From Myxococcota bacterium (GTDB lineage: Bacteria > Myxococcota_A > UBA9160 > UBA4427), in NCBI GenBank assembly GCA_036336835.1, contig JAYZFK010000097.1, positions 1,371 through 65,370 on the forward strand: a DNA stretch of 64,000 bases. Direction: 5' to 3'. Positions 53,236 to 60,655 of this stretch are shown here, in pieces. How positions within the stretch are numbered: the stretch's first letter is position 1; every line of letters starts with the position of its first letter. The translations under genes and the position numbers were made by a program. Under the pieces are notes generated by a model. It was not told the origin of the DNA. It made no database searches and saw nothing but the letters and a program-made list of their open reading frames with translations.

Positions 53236-54384
53236 ATGGACCGCGAGAAGCTCTATCGCTTGCTGAGGCTCGGGCTCGAGAAGGACGCCTCCGACATCCA
53301 CTTCCAGGTCGGCTACCTGCCGCTCTTTCGCTTCCACGGCGAGCTGGTCGAGCTTCGCTACAAGGTGCTGACTCCCCAGGACACTGAGGAAATCGTCCGA
53401 GTCCTGATCGAGCAGGACCCGTGTGGCCCGGACACGCAGTTCAACGAGCGCGATCTCGCCTTCGAGCTCCCGAACGAAGGCCGTTTCCGCGTCAACATCT
53501 CGCGCCAGCGGCGCTTCTTCAACATCGTGCTGCGCGTCATCCCACCGAAGATTCACTCGTTCGAGGACCTCAACCTCCCGACGACGCTCCGCGAAATCGC
53601 CCGGCTGCGGCGCGGTTACGTCCTGGTGACGGGCGCGACCGGAATGGGCAAGTCGACGACGCTGGCGGCGATGATCGACGAGATCAACCACCAACGAAGG
53701 GCCAAGATCGTCACGGTCGAGGACCCGATCGAGTTCGTCTTCACCCACGACAAGAGCATCATCACGCAGCGCGAGATCGGTACCGACACCGCGAGCTTCC
53801 CAGACGCCCTGCACGCCGCGCTGCGCCAGGATCCCGACGTGATCATGGTAGGCGAGATGCGCGACCTCGAGACCGTCGACACATCGCTCAAAGCCGCCGA
53901 AACCGGTCACTTGGTCTTCTCCACGATTCACACCGCCGACGTCGCCTCGACGATCAATCGGTTGGTCTCGTTCTTCCCACACGAAGAGCACACGCAGCTG
54001 CGAAACCGGCTGGCAGACAACCTCAAGGCGATCGTCTCGCTGCGGCTGATCGGCAACAAGAAACAGACCGGGCGCGTTCCGGCCGTCGAGATCATGCGCT
54101 CGACACGGATGATCCAGGAGTGCATCAAGGAGCCGGCCAAGACGCACGAGCTAACCGAGCACATCGCTCGCGGTCGCAGCGAGGGCATGCAGAGCTTCGA
54201 TCAGCACCTGCTCGATCTGCTCCGGGCGAGCAAAATCGCCCACGAGGCCGCACTGGCGGCCGCGTCGAACCCCGCGGACTTCCAGACCAAGCTCGAGATG
54301 GAGGGGAGCTACTGCGAGCCGATCGAGGCGGGAGAGGCCAAGCCCGAGGTTCCCTTTGAGATCGATGCCGACGACCGCTTCTAG
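53236..54384 (+). CDS. pilT: Type IV pilus retraction ATPase, PilT/PilU family
   Basis: ATG 53236 gives MDREKLYRLLRLGLEKDASDIHFQVGYLPLFRFHGEL. Walker A is VTGATGMGKSTTLAAMI. Walker B is DPDVIMVGEMRD. The His box is GHLVFSTIHT. Confidence 0.9.
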   Translation: MDREKLYRLLRLGLEKDASDIHFQVGYLPLFRFHGELVELRYKVLTPQDTEEIVRVLIEQDPCGPDTQFNERDLAFELPNEGRFRVNISRQRRFFNIVLRVIPPKIHSFEDLNLPTTLREIARLRRGYVLVTGATGMGKSTTLAAMIDEINHQRRAKIVTVEDPIEFVFTHDKSIITQREIGTDTASFPDALHAALRQDPDVIMVGEMRDLETVDTSLKAAETGHLVFSTIHTADVASTINRLVSFFPHEEHTQLRNRLADNLKAIVSLRLIGNKKQTGRVPAVEIMRSTRMIQECIKEPAKTHELTEHIARGRSEGMQSFDQHLLDLLRASKIAHEAALAAASNPADFQTKLEMEGSYCEPIEAGEAKPEVPFEIDADDRF

Positions 54385-54388
54385 CGCC

Positions 54389-55621
54389 ATGACACGCAAC
54401 GCGCCCTCCTCCCAGCTTGCCGGCTCCCTGCGTACCGCGGCCACCCGACTGGCCGACACGGTCGGCAGCGGCTGTGCGCTGGTGTTTGCCGCAGAGCCCG
54501 GCGAGCCGGGCGTGCGCCTGCGCTCGGCCGCTGGCTTCGCGGCGGCCGATCTCGCACGGGCCGCAGCCGAGGCAGCCCGCCCGATCGTGCGCGAGGCGAT
54601 CGAAACGGGTCAGAACCGTCACTGCGAGCCGCTCCCGGAGTTCGGCAAGCGTGGGAAAGCGGCAACATTCGTCCTGCCGCTCTGCTGTCGCGAATCCGTA
54701 CAGGGTGCGGTCGTGGTCGGAGCACCCGCGAGCGTCTCGGATGACGCCGCCAGGGCTCTCTTCGACCTGGCAGCGCATACGGCCCTCCAGATCGACAACG
54801 CGCAGCTCGCAGCACGGCTCGGGGAGGCGCCGACGCCGCCCGAGACCGAAGACGACCTGCTCCGGCTGTCGGAGGCGCTCTTTGCCCAGGACATCGAGCT
54901 GCTTCGCAACAACGAGAAGCTCGGCAAGATCGAGCGGCTCAAGAACGACTTCATCGAGAAGATGTCGCGTGAGCTACGGACCCCGCTCAACAGCATCATC
55001 GAGTCGGTCATCGGAGTTCTGGCGGGTGAGCACGACCACATCTCCGACCAGGCCAAGGCGAGCCTGCGGACGGCGCTCGACGAGGGCACGGCCTTCCAGC
55101 GAACGCTACAGAACATCCTGGACCTGTGGCGGCTGAAGCAAGACGAGCTGCCGATCGAGACCCAGGAGGTGCACATCGGCCAGGTCGTCCAGGAGGCGAT
55201 CTTCAGCGTCCAGGACGGACTCGACGACAAGCCGATCACGATCCACACGCAGATCGACTCCGGGCTTCCGAAGGTGCGGACCGACCTGGCCAAGATCAAT
55301 CAGCTGTTCTTCCTGCTGCTGGACAATGCGGTCAAGTTCACCGCGAAGGGCGAGATCTGTATCGGCGCGCGCCTGGAGAACGATCGACTGCACTGCAGCG
55401 TCGCGGATACGGGCATCGGCGTACTGCAAGATGATCAGGAGTTCGTATACGACGAGTTCTTCCAGGTGGATGCACACTCATCGAGCACCTACCGGGGTGC
55501 GGGCCTCGGCCTGTCGCTGGTTCGCGACCTGGTCTCGCTACTGAAAGGCGAGATCGCCTTCGAGAGCAGACCCGGCCAGGGAACCACGGTCGCCTTCGCG
55601 GTTCCGGTCGAACTCACCTGA
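54389..55621 (+). CDS. Cytoplasmic GAF-like / HisKA / HATPase_c sensor kinase homolog with Arg replacing the H-box histidine
   Basis: ATG 54389 lies 5 nt after the pilT stop. The H-box reads FIEKMSRELRTPLNSI, with CGT at 54968-54970 where SHELRTPL normally has His. The N box (LLLDNAVKFT), G1 (DTGIG), F (YDEFFQVD) and G2 (GAGLGLSLV) are all intact. No TM segment is present. Confidence 0.8.
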   Translation: MTRNAPSSQLAGSLRTAATRLADTVGSGCALVFAAEPGEPGVRLRSAAGFAAADLARAAAEAARPIVREAIETGQNRHCEPLPEFGKRGKAATFVLPLCCRESVQGAVVVGAPASVSDDAARALFDLAAHTALQIDNAQLAARLGEAPTPPETEDDLLRLSEALFAQDIELLRNNEKLGKIERLKNDFIEKMSRELRTPLNSIIESVIGVLAGEHDHISDQAKASLRTALDEGTAFQRTLQNILDLWRLKQDELPIETQEVHIGQVVQEAIFSVQDGLDDKPITIHTQIDSGLPKVRTDLAKINQLFFLLLDNAVKFTAKGEICIGARLENDRLHCSVADTGIGVLQDDQEFVYDEFFQVDAHSSSTYRGAGLGLSLVRDLVSLLKGEIAFESRPGQGTTVAFAVPVELT

Positions 55622-55637
55622 GGCGGGAGCTGGGCGG

Positions 55638-55835
55638 CTACTCTTCGGCGTAGTCCGGCTTCACGAGACCCGCTGCAATCTCGCGCAGGGCGGTCACGAC
55701 CGCCTTGTTCTCATTGGACTTGACCAGGGCCTGGGCGCCCTTCTTGAGCTGCTTGGTTCGAATCGCCGTCATCTGGACCAGATGGAAGTGATTCGGAACA
55801 TTCTCGATGCAGTCTTCGATGGTGATACGCGCCAT
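55638..55835 (-). CDS. rpoZ: DNA-directed RNA polymerase subunit omega
   Basis: 65 aa. MARITIEDCIENVPNHFHLVQMTAIRTKQLKKGA is the typical RpoZ N-terminus. Confidence 0.92.
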   Translation of the reverse strand: MARITIEDCIENVPNHFHLVQMTAIRTKQLKKGAQALVKSNENKAVVTALREIAAGLVKPDYAEE

Positions 55836-55922
55836 CGTGTGACGCTAGCAAGCTTCGGCCAGGAGCCCAAGGACCGGCTCGGGGGCCCCTGTGGCCGGGC
55901 GAGCGGCCCCAGATAGAGGAAA

Positions 55923-55953
55923 CCCCGGCCGGCTCGCGCGGAGCCGGCCGGGG
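55923..55953 (-). terminator. Candidate intrinsic terminator downstream of the Lys-rich protein gene
   Basis: A perfect 13-bp GC stem (CCCCGGCCGGCTC / GAGCCGGCCGGGG) with a 5-nt loop. On the minus strand it is followed by TTTCCTCTATCT. It lies about 40 nt after the stop at 55995. Confidence 0.5.
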
Positions 55954-55994
55954 TCCTTTCGGCTTTCCTGGAGAAAGCCTCACCAATGACGAAG

Positions 55995-56150
55995 CTACTT
56001 CCGCTTCTTCCGGCGAGCCTTCTTCCGTGTAGCCTTCTTGCGTCCGGCCTTCTTCTTGCGTCCGGCCTTCTTCTTGCGTCCGGCCTTCTTCTTGCGTCCA
56101 GCCTTCTTGCGCGTCGCCTTCTTGCGCGTCGCCTTCTTTCGAGCTGCCAT
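55995..56150 (-). CDS. Lys/Arg/Ala-rich histone H1-like basic repeat protein (51 aa)
   Basis: ATG 56150 is preceded by GAGGGGGG. The product is MAARKKATRKKATRKKAGRKKKAGRKKKAGRKKKAGRKKATRKKARRKKRK. It is embedded in the over-extended track ORF 55995..56288. Confidence 0.7.
   Translation of the reverse strand: MAARKKATRKKATRKKAGRKKKAGRKKKAGRKKKAGRKKATRKKARRKKRK
56011..56140. repeat. In-frame tandem 15/18-bp repeat array (three perfect 18-bp units at 56041-56094)
   Basis: CGTCCGGCCTTCTTCTTG occurs three times in perfect tandem (56041-56058, 56059-56076, 56077-56094). Degenerate 15-bp units flank it (CGTGTAGCCTTCTTG, CGTCCAGCCTTCTTG, CGCGTCGCCTTCTTG x2). The array encodes the KKKAGR / KKATR repeats. 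Confidence 0.9.
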
Positions 56151-56567
56151 CGTTGGGCACCCCCCTCTACGACCCGAGTCTCTTGTCAGCAGCAACCGAC
56201 GGATTGGCCCAAGCCTTCCATCCTTCGGTCTCCGCAACTCGCAGACAGGAGATGACCCACGCCACCTTCTGTCCGCAATCCAAGGCACTCGAGCCAGTGT
56301 TGCGGCTGGCGTAGCACTCTTTTTCGGCAGGCGTCAAGGGAAACCGTAAAAAAACCAAGATGATGCGATGGACAATTGCGTCCGACAAACTCGAATCCGA
56401 AAGTATTCTGTTGCTCTGTTTCGAATACGTTGGGAAGAGCACGCAGCATCGAGGACGACACGGCCATCCTGAACCGCCGGCAAACGGTGTTCCGAACGAT
56501 CGCGCAATCACGCCGAACCGCACAGTGCGGGCGTATTGGAAGTAACTCTCGGTGGCGAAAAAGGCTG

Positions 56568-56660
56568 CTAGCGCTTGCGCTTGTGGCGCGCTCGGCGAAG
56601 TAGCTTGCGCTTCTTGTGTTTGCGCATCTTCTTGCGGCGCTTCTTGACGACACTGCCCAC
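56568..56660 (-). CDS. Ribosomal protein bS22-like (AURKAIP1/COX24-domain) small basic protein, 30 aa, not in the ORF track
   Basis: GTG 56660 is preceded by AGGAGCC at 5-nt spacing. The product is MGSVVKKRRKKMRKHKKRKLLRRARHKRKR. As I recall it, mycobacterial bS22 begins MGSVIKKRRKRM..KKKHRKLLR. Confidence 0.65.
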   Translation of the reverse strand: MGSVVKKRRKKMRKHKKRKLLRRARHKRKR

Positions 56661-56745
56661 GAAGGCTCCTCACTACAGCGGGCGGCGACAAATACTCGTT
56701 TGCACGAGCGAAGTCAAGCAGGCCGTCGCGCCGACTCCCGCGGGG

Positions 56746-57216
56746 TCACTGCGGCGCGGCGGCGCTGCGCGAGCCCAGGCGGTGACGCGCATGACCGAGC
56801 CAGACGTTCAGACGATGGGCCCGAGGCAGGAAGCGAAGCACCGGGCCTCGCCGCATCCCGAGATCGCGCAACAGCTCCGAGTTTGGCTTGTGCGCCGGAT
56901 CGATCATTCGCCCCCGGCGCAGACAACGGACCGCATCGGACTTGAAACCGAACTCCAGATAGACCCGAGCCGCGTTGTAGTAGAGGTCCGGGTTGAAGAA
57001 CTCCTGCTTGAGCGACGAGTTACACAACTCGGCGGCCTCGGCGAAACGACGCTCGACGATCGCCAGGGCGAGGCCGTAGTACGAACGAATCCGCGCGTGA
57101 TGCGGCGCCTGCGAGTACGCCAGGTCCAGGCGCTTCAGCGCCTCCTCAGCTTGCCCCTGCTCGAGCAGCTGGCGTCCCTGATCGAAGAGCACATTGGCCG
57201 AATCGTTGCGCCGCAT
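56746..57216 (-). CDS. TPR-like repeat protein
   Basis: Helical-repeat sequence (GQAEEALKRLDLAYSQAPHHARIRSYYGLALAI, FNPDLYYNAARVYLEFGFKSDAVRCLRRG). The start is uncertain: ATG 57216 is preferred, and the track start is 57285. Confidence 0.55.
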   Translation of the reverse strand: MRRNDSANVLFDQGRQLLEQGQAEEALKRLDLAYSQAPHHARIRSYYGLALAIVERRFAEAAELCNSSLKQEFFNPDLYYNAARVYLEFGFKSDAVRCLRRGRMIDPAHKPNSELLRDLGMRRGPVLRFLPRAHRLNVWLGHARHRLGSRSAAAPQ

Positions 57217-57431
57217 TGTCAGTCGCCCGTCCTCCGTTGAAAGGGTGAGTCCGCTCCTCATCGGCATCATGGACGCGGAGCGCAACTGGAACTTGCACTA
57301 TGATCCATGCGCTGAGCAGCGCGTACGCACCACACCGGCATCCCGCAGGCATCCGCCGGCCTCGGCGAGGCCGCCGCCATCTGTCTCACGCATTGGTTTG
57401 GGGTGGTCGAGCGCAGACCGCGCGTGCGAAC

Positions 57432-57665
57432 TCAGTCCTCGATGATTTCGAGGATGTAACGCTTCTTCTCCTTGCCACTCGCCGCCGCCATCAGCGTGCG
57501 AATGGCCGAAGCGTGTGCCCCCCCCTTGCCGATCACCTTGCCAAGGTCTTCCTTGGCTACCCTGAGCTCGAGCACATGTGCGTGCTCTCCGATCACTTCC
57601 TTGATCTGGACTTCATCCGGCCGATCTACCAGCGACCGCACGATCGCTTCGATCAACGACTTCAT
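57432..57665 (-). CDS. KH domain RNA-binding protein (YlqC/UPF0109 family)
   Basis: ATG 57665 is preceded by GGAGG at 8-nt spacing. 77 aa: MKSLIEAIVRSLVDRPDEVQI...LELRVAKEDLGKVIGKGGAHASAIRTL, which contains the GxxG KH motif. Confidence 0.88.
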   Translation of the reverse strand: MKSLIEAIVRSLVDRPDEVQIKEVIGEHAHVLELRVAKEDLGKVIGKGGAHASAIRTLMAAASGKEKKRYILEIIED

Positions 57666-57933
57666 TCTGGTGCCTCCACAAACCTGCGTCCCACCGGTGG
57701 TCGCAAGCCCCCCCAATCCGTAACGCACACAACGCCGCAGAAGCTGATCGGATTCACCAGATGCGCTCCATCACCAGGAACGCCGAGTGATGCCATCCGG
57801 GGCATCATCGTCATGCACCCGAAAGACCAAGATCTGCAGCACCTGAACTCGCCATCACAACGGCCCCACGGGGCAGCGACACATGATCGGGCTTTCGTCT
57901 CCGAAACGCAAGCGCAGCGGGTTGGCGGGCGAG

Positions 57934-58842
57934 TCAGCTGCTGAAGGGAGGCGCAAAAGCCAGCTCCTTCTCGCTTCGGCCCCATGTATACGACACCACT
58001 CGCTTCGCCTCGGGCAGGCCAAGGCGCACGACTGGAACTCGATCGACGATGGCCGCCGCTGCATCGAAGCAGCGCGCGGCACACAGGGGGTCGTGAATCG
58101 GAGCCAGAGCATGCTCCATCAGCTCGGTGACAGCGTCGTCGCGGTCCAGCCGATCGGCAAACACGGCTCGCGCCGGCCGAATCGAGTGCATCCCATCGAG
58201 ATGAGCCGTGAAGCGCCCAGACGGTCCGGTACCTCTCGTCCACGGAGCCCCAACAGCGCGTGCGCCGTCGGGCATCTGCAGGACGACCAGCTGCTCGGCC
58301 CGCGGCAGCTCGGCACCCGATTGGCGTCGGGGAAGCTGCGGCTCTCTGGAATCAGTTCCACTAGGCGATTTTGCCCCCAGAAACAGCAGTGCGCGATCGG
58401 CTTGCTGTACCAGAGAGCCGCGCAGCACCAGCCCTCCGCCCCGAACGGTGCGATGCAGCACGAGCAGCTCATCGAGCGGATGCTCGAGCGGTGCGATGCC
58501 ACTGGTGGCCGCCGCAGGTGAGAGGATGACCTCGCCCTCCGAGAACCCCGCGTCGAACAGGGCCGTTCGTTCGAGCCCATCCGGACCGTAGACGGCCACG
58601 ATCCAGCCGTCGCCCCGCTCGGCCACCTCGAAGCGATGCGACGCGCTCTGGTAGACAAATCCACCGCGCGGCATGCCTGGGGCCGTTCCAACCCGAACGC
58701 CGACGTAGACCTGAGCTCCCTCTGGCGCGCAGACGAAGGGCTCGTAGTGTGTCCCCGGCCAGCTCCACTCCACGCTTGCCGGCACCTCGATCGCCACCCG
58801 CGATCCACCGAGCTCGATCCCGCGCAGCCTCGTACGAGACAT
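57934..58842 (-). CDS. Hypothetical protein, possibly HPr-kinase-C-terminal-like fold with degenerate P-loop
   Basis: 302 aa with coding-like GC-rich third positions. GGGGGA precedes ATG 58842. LVLHRTVRGGGLVLRGSLVQQADRALLFLGAKSPSGTDS resembles the LHa..v...G.avl..G.SG.GKS segment of HprK-related kinases, but it lacks GxGKS. Confidence 0.4.
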   Translation of the reverse strand: MSRTRLRGIELGGSRVAIEVPASVEWSWPGTHYEPFVCAPEGAQVYVGVRVGTAPGMPRGGFVYQSASHRFEVAERGDGWIVAVYGPDGLERTALFDAGFSEGEVILSPAAATSGIAPLEHPLDELLVLHRTVRGGGLVLRGSLVQQADRALLFLGAKSPSGTDSREPQLPRRQSGAELPRAEQLVVLQMPDGARAVGAPWTRGTGPSGRFTAHLDGMHSIRPARAVFADRLDRDDAVTELMEHALAPIHDPLCAARCFDAAAAIVDRVPVVRLGLPEAKRVVSYTWGRSEKELAFAPPFSS

Positions 58843-59235
58843 CAATTCCCCCCACCGCCGATTTCACAGCCCACTCGCAGCGGTACTCCCCCAGCGGAAC
58901 CGGCTTGAATTCCACATCGGCCCGTGCGCGAATTCCTTTACCCCCCGACCCGCGGCGGGGTCGTCAGACCGCGTGGTGGCGGAATCAGGAGACAGCCCAC
59001 CCCTCACGGCGCGCTGGGAGCCGGCGCTCGACGGCTTCAGGCCCCCGAGGGCGCCCCGCCCGGCAGCCGCTCGCTCGTCGCCCGAAACTGATGTACCTGT
59101 TCGGCGCCAAGCGATGGAACGGCCCGCCGACCGCAGCGAACCGTGCGATCCGGCCTCCGGCTCGCTTGCCGGTACCCGCGTTATCTGAAGCGGTCGCGTG
59201 CGCTGATCTTCGCCCTGGAGATCTGGAGAGAGCGC

Positions 59236-60591
59236 ATGGCGGCCCCGATCGTCACGACACGAATCTTGCGCCGACTGCTGTCGGGTGGGATCCATGCGCG
59301 CGCAGAGCGACTGCTGTCGCGGGTGCACCCGGCCGACCTGGGGCCGCTCCTGTCCGGACTCACTCCCGACGAGACGCGGCTCGTCATCGACATGCTGTTC
59401 CGACAGCATCGCGCCGCATCCACACTGCGCGAGCTGCCGTCGGAGCTGTTGCCCCAGATCTACGACGCCGTCAGTGACGAGCGCATCGCGGCCGTGCTGG
59501 CGCGCCTCGAGGTCGACGACATGGTCGAGCTCGTCGACGGAATCCCCGAGTCACGGCGGCCAGGCGTCGTGCAGAAGCTTCCCGAGGCCAAGCGCGACGA
59601 GCTGCGCAAGGCCGAGCTCTACCCGACCGGCAGCGCCGGGCACTTCATGACGACCGCCTTCATCGGCCTCGACGAGAAGATGACTGCGCAGGAGGCGATC
59701 GACAGCATCCGCGGCGCGGCCGACGAGACATCCGAGTCGATCCTCTATCTCTACGTCGTCGACGAGCTGCGGCACTTGCTCGGTGTGGTTCCGATCCGCC
59801 GACTCGTGGCCGCGCCTCCCGGGACGCCGGTCGCCGAGCTGATGATCCGCGATCCGCTCCACACCAGCCTGGAGGCGGATCAAGAGGAGGTCGCTCAGCT
59901 CGTGGCCCGCTACGACCTGCTGGCGATCCCGGTATGCGACGTGGACGGAACGATGATGGGCGTGATCACGGTCGACGACGTGATCGACGTCATCACCGAA
60001 GAAGCGACCGAGGACATGTACCACCTGGCCGGCCTGTCCGACGAGGAGCGCGTCTTCACGCCGGCCGCGCTTTCCATTCGCAAGCGCCTCCCCTGGATGA
60101 TCGTCAACCTGGTCGCGATCTCGCTGGCCGCCGCCATCGTGGGGATGTTCGGGCGAACGCTCGAACAGGTGATCGCCCTGGCCGCCTTCCTGCCGATCGT
60201 CGCGGGAATGGGCGGCAACAGCGGCATCCAGTCACTCACGATCGTGACACGCGCCATCGCCCTGGGTGAGATCGAGTTCTCGACGGGGCTGCGCGCGGTC
60301 GGCAAGGAGTTCGCTGTCAGCCTCGCGATCGGCGCCACGACCGGCCTGGTCGCTGGCACCCTTGTCTGGCTCTGGCAGGGCAACCCGTATCTCGGTGGCG
60401 TGCTGTTCCTGGCCCTGGTCCTGACCCAGGCGATCGCCGGGCTGCTTGGTGCCGCTGTGCCGCTGCTGCTCAAGGCACTGAGGCAGGATCCGGCCCTCGG
60501 CTCCGGGGTCATCGTGACCACCGCAACCGACGCCTTTGGCTTCTTCACATTCCTGGGCATTGCCACGCTGATGATCGATCAACTCGTCTAG
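59236..60591 (+). CDS. mgtE: Magnesium transporter MgtE
   Basis: ATG 59236 is preceded by GGAGAG. There is an N-domain, tandem CBS domains (LYLYVVDELRHLLGVVPIRRL, LLAIPVCDVDGTMMGVITVDDV) and a TM domain (PIVAGMGGNSGIQSLTIVTRA, ATDAFGFFTFLG). Confidence 0.93.
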   Translation: MAAPIVTTRILRRLLSGGIHARAERLLSRVHPADLGPLLSGLTPDETRLVIDMLFRQHRAASTLRELPSELLPQIYDAVSDERIAAVLARLEVDDMVELVDGIPESRRPGVVQKLPEAKRDELRKAELYPTGSAGHFMTTAFIGLDEKMTAQEAIDSIRGAADETSESILYLYVVDELRHLLGVVPIRRLVAAPPGTPVAELMIRDPLHTSLEADQEEVAQLVARYDLLAIPVCDVDGTMMGVITVDDVIDVITEEATEDMYHLAGLSDEERVFTPAALSIRKRLPWMIVNLVAISLAAAIVGMFGRTLEQVIALAAFLPIVAGMGGNSGIQSLTIVTRAIALGEIEFSTGLRAVGKEFAVSLAIGATTGLVAGTLVWLWQGNPYLGGVLFLALVLTQAIAGLLGAAVPLLLKALRQDPALGSGVIVTTATDAFGFFTFLGIATLMIDQLV

Positions 60592-60655
60592 CAACCCGAG
60601 TCGCCACGGGCGTCGACCCCATCGCATGCCGGGCAGTCCGACCAGGGGCCGGGGC

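Noticed and set aside
56011-56140. Tandem 15/18-bp repeats considered as a possible CRISPR or minisatellite locus.
   Set aside because: The units are contiguous with no spacers, are in frame, and encode the KKKAGR repeats of a small basic protein. This is not a CRISPR array.
55711-56160. The 149-aa minus-strand ORF with EGRTQEEGRTQEEGRTQ repeats, and plus-strand ORFs with LLLASG or PAFFLR repeats.
   Set aside because: These are alternative-frame readings of the same 18-bp tandem repeat, and the 149-aa ORF overlaps rpoZ. Only the KKKAGR frame has a start with an SD-like tract, a stop followed by a terminator hairpin, and a composition typical of known nucleoid proteins.
57666-57933. Expected rpsP (ribosomal protein S16) upstream of the KH-domain gene, as in the common rpsP-KH-rimM-trmD operon.
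   Set aside because: I translated all three minus-strand frames of the 268-nt gap. No S16-like sequence (MAVKIRLAR...) appears, only short junk ORFs. The region is treated as a non-coding promoter or leader. It is somewhat less GC-rich, but no ncRNA consensus was recognised.
58843-59235. M-box (ykoK) Mg2+ riboswitch upstream of mgtE.
   Set aside because: The conserved M-box core segments could not be found by eye on the plus strand. The region is kept only as a low-interest 'long leader' observation.
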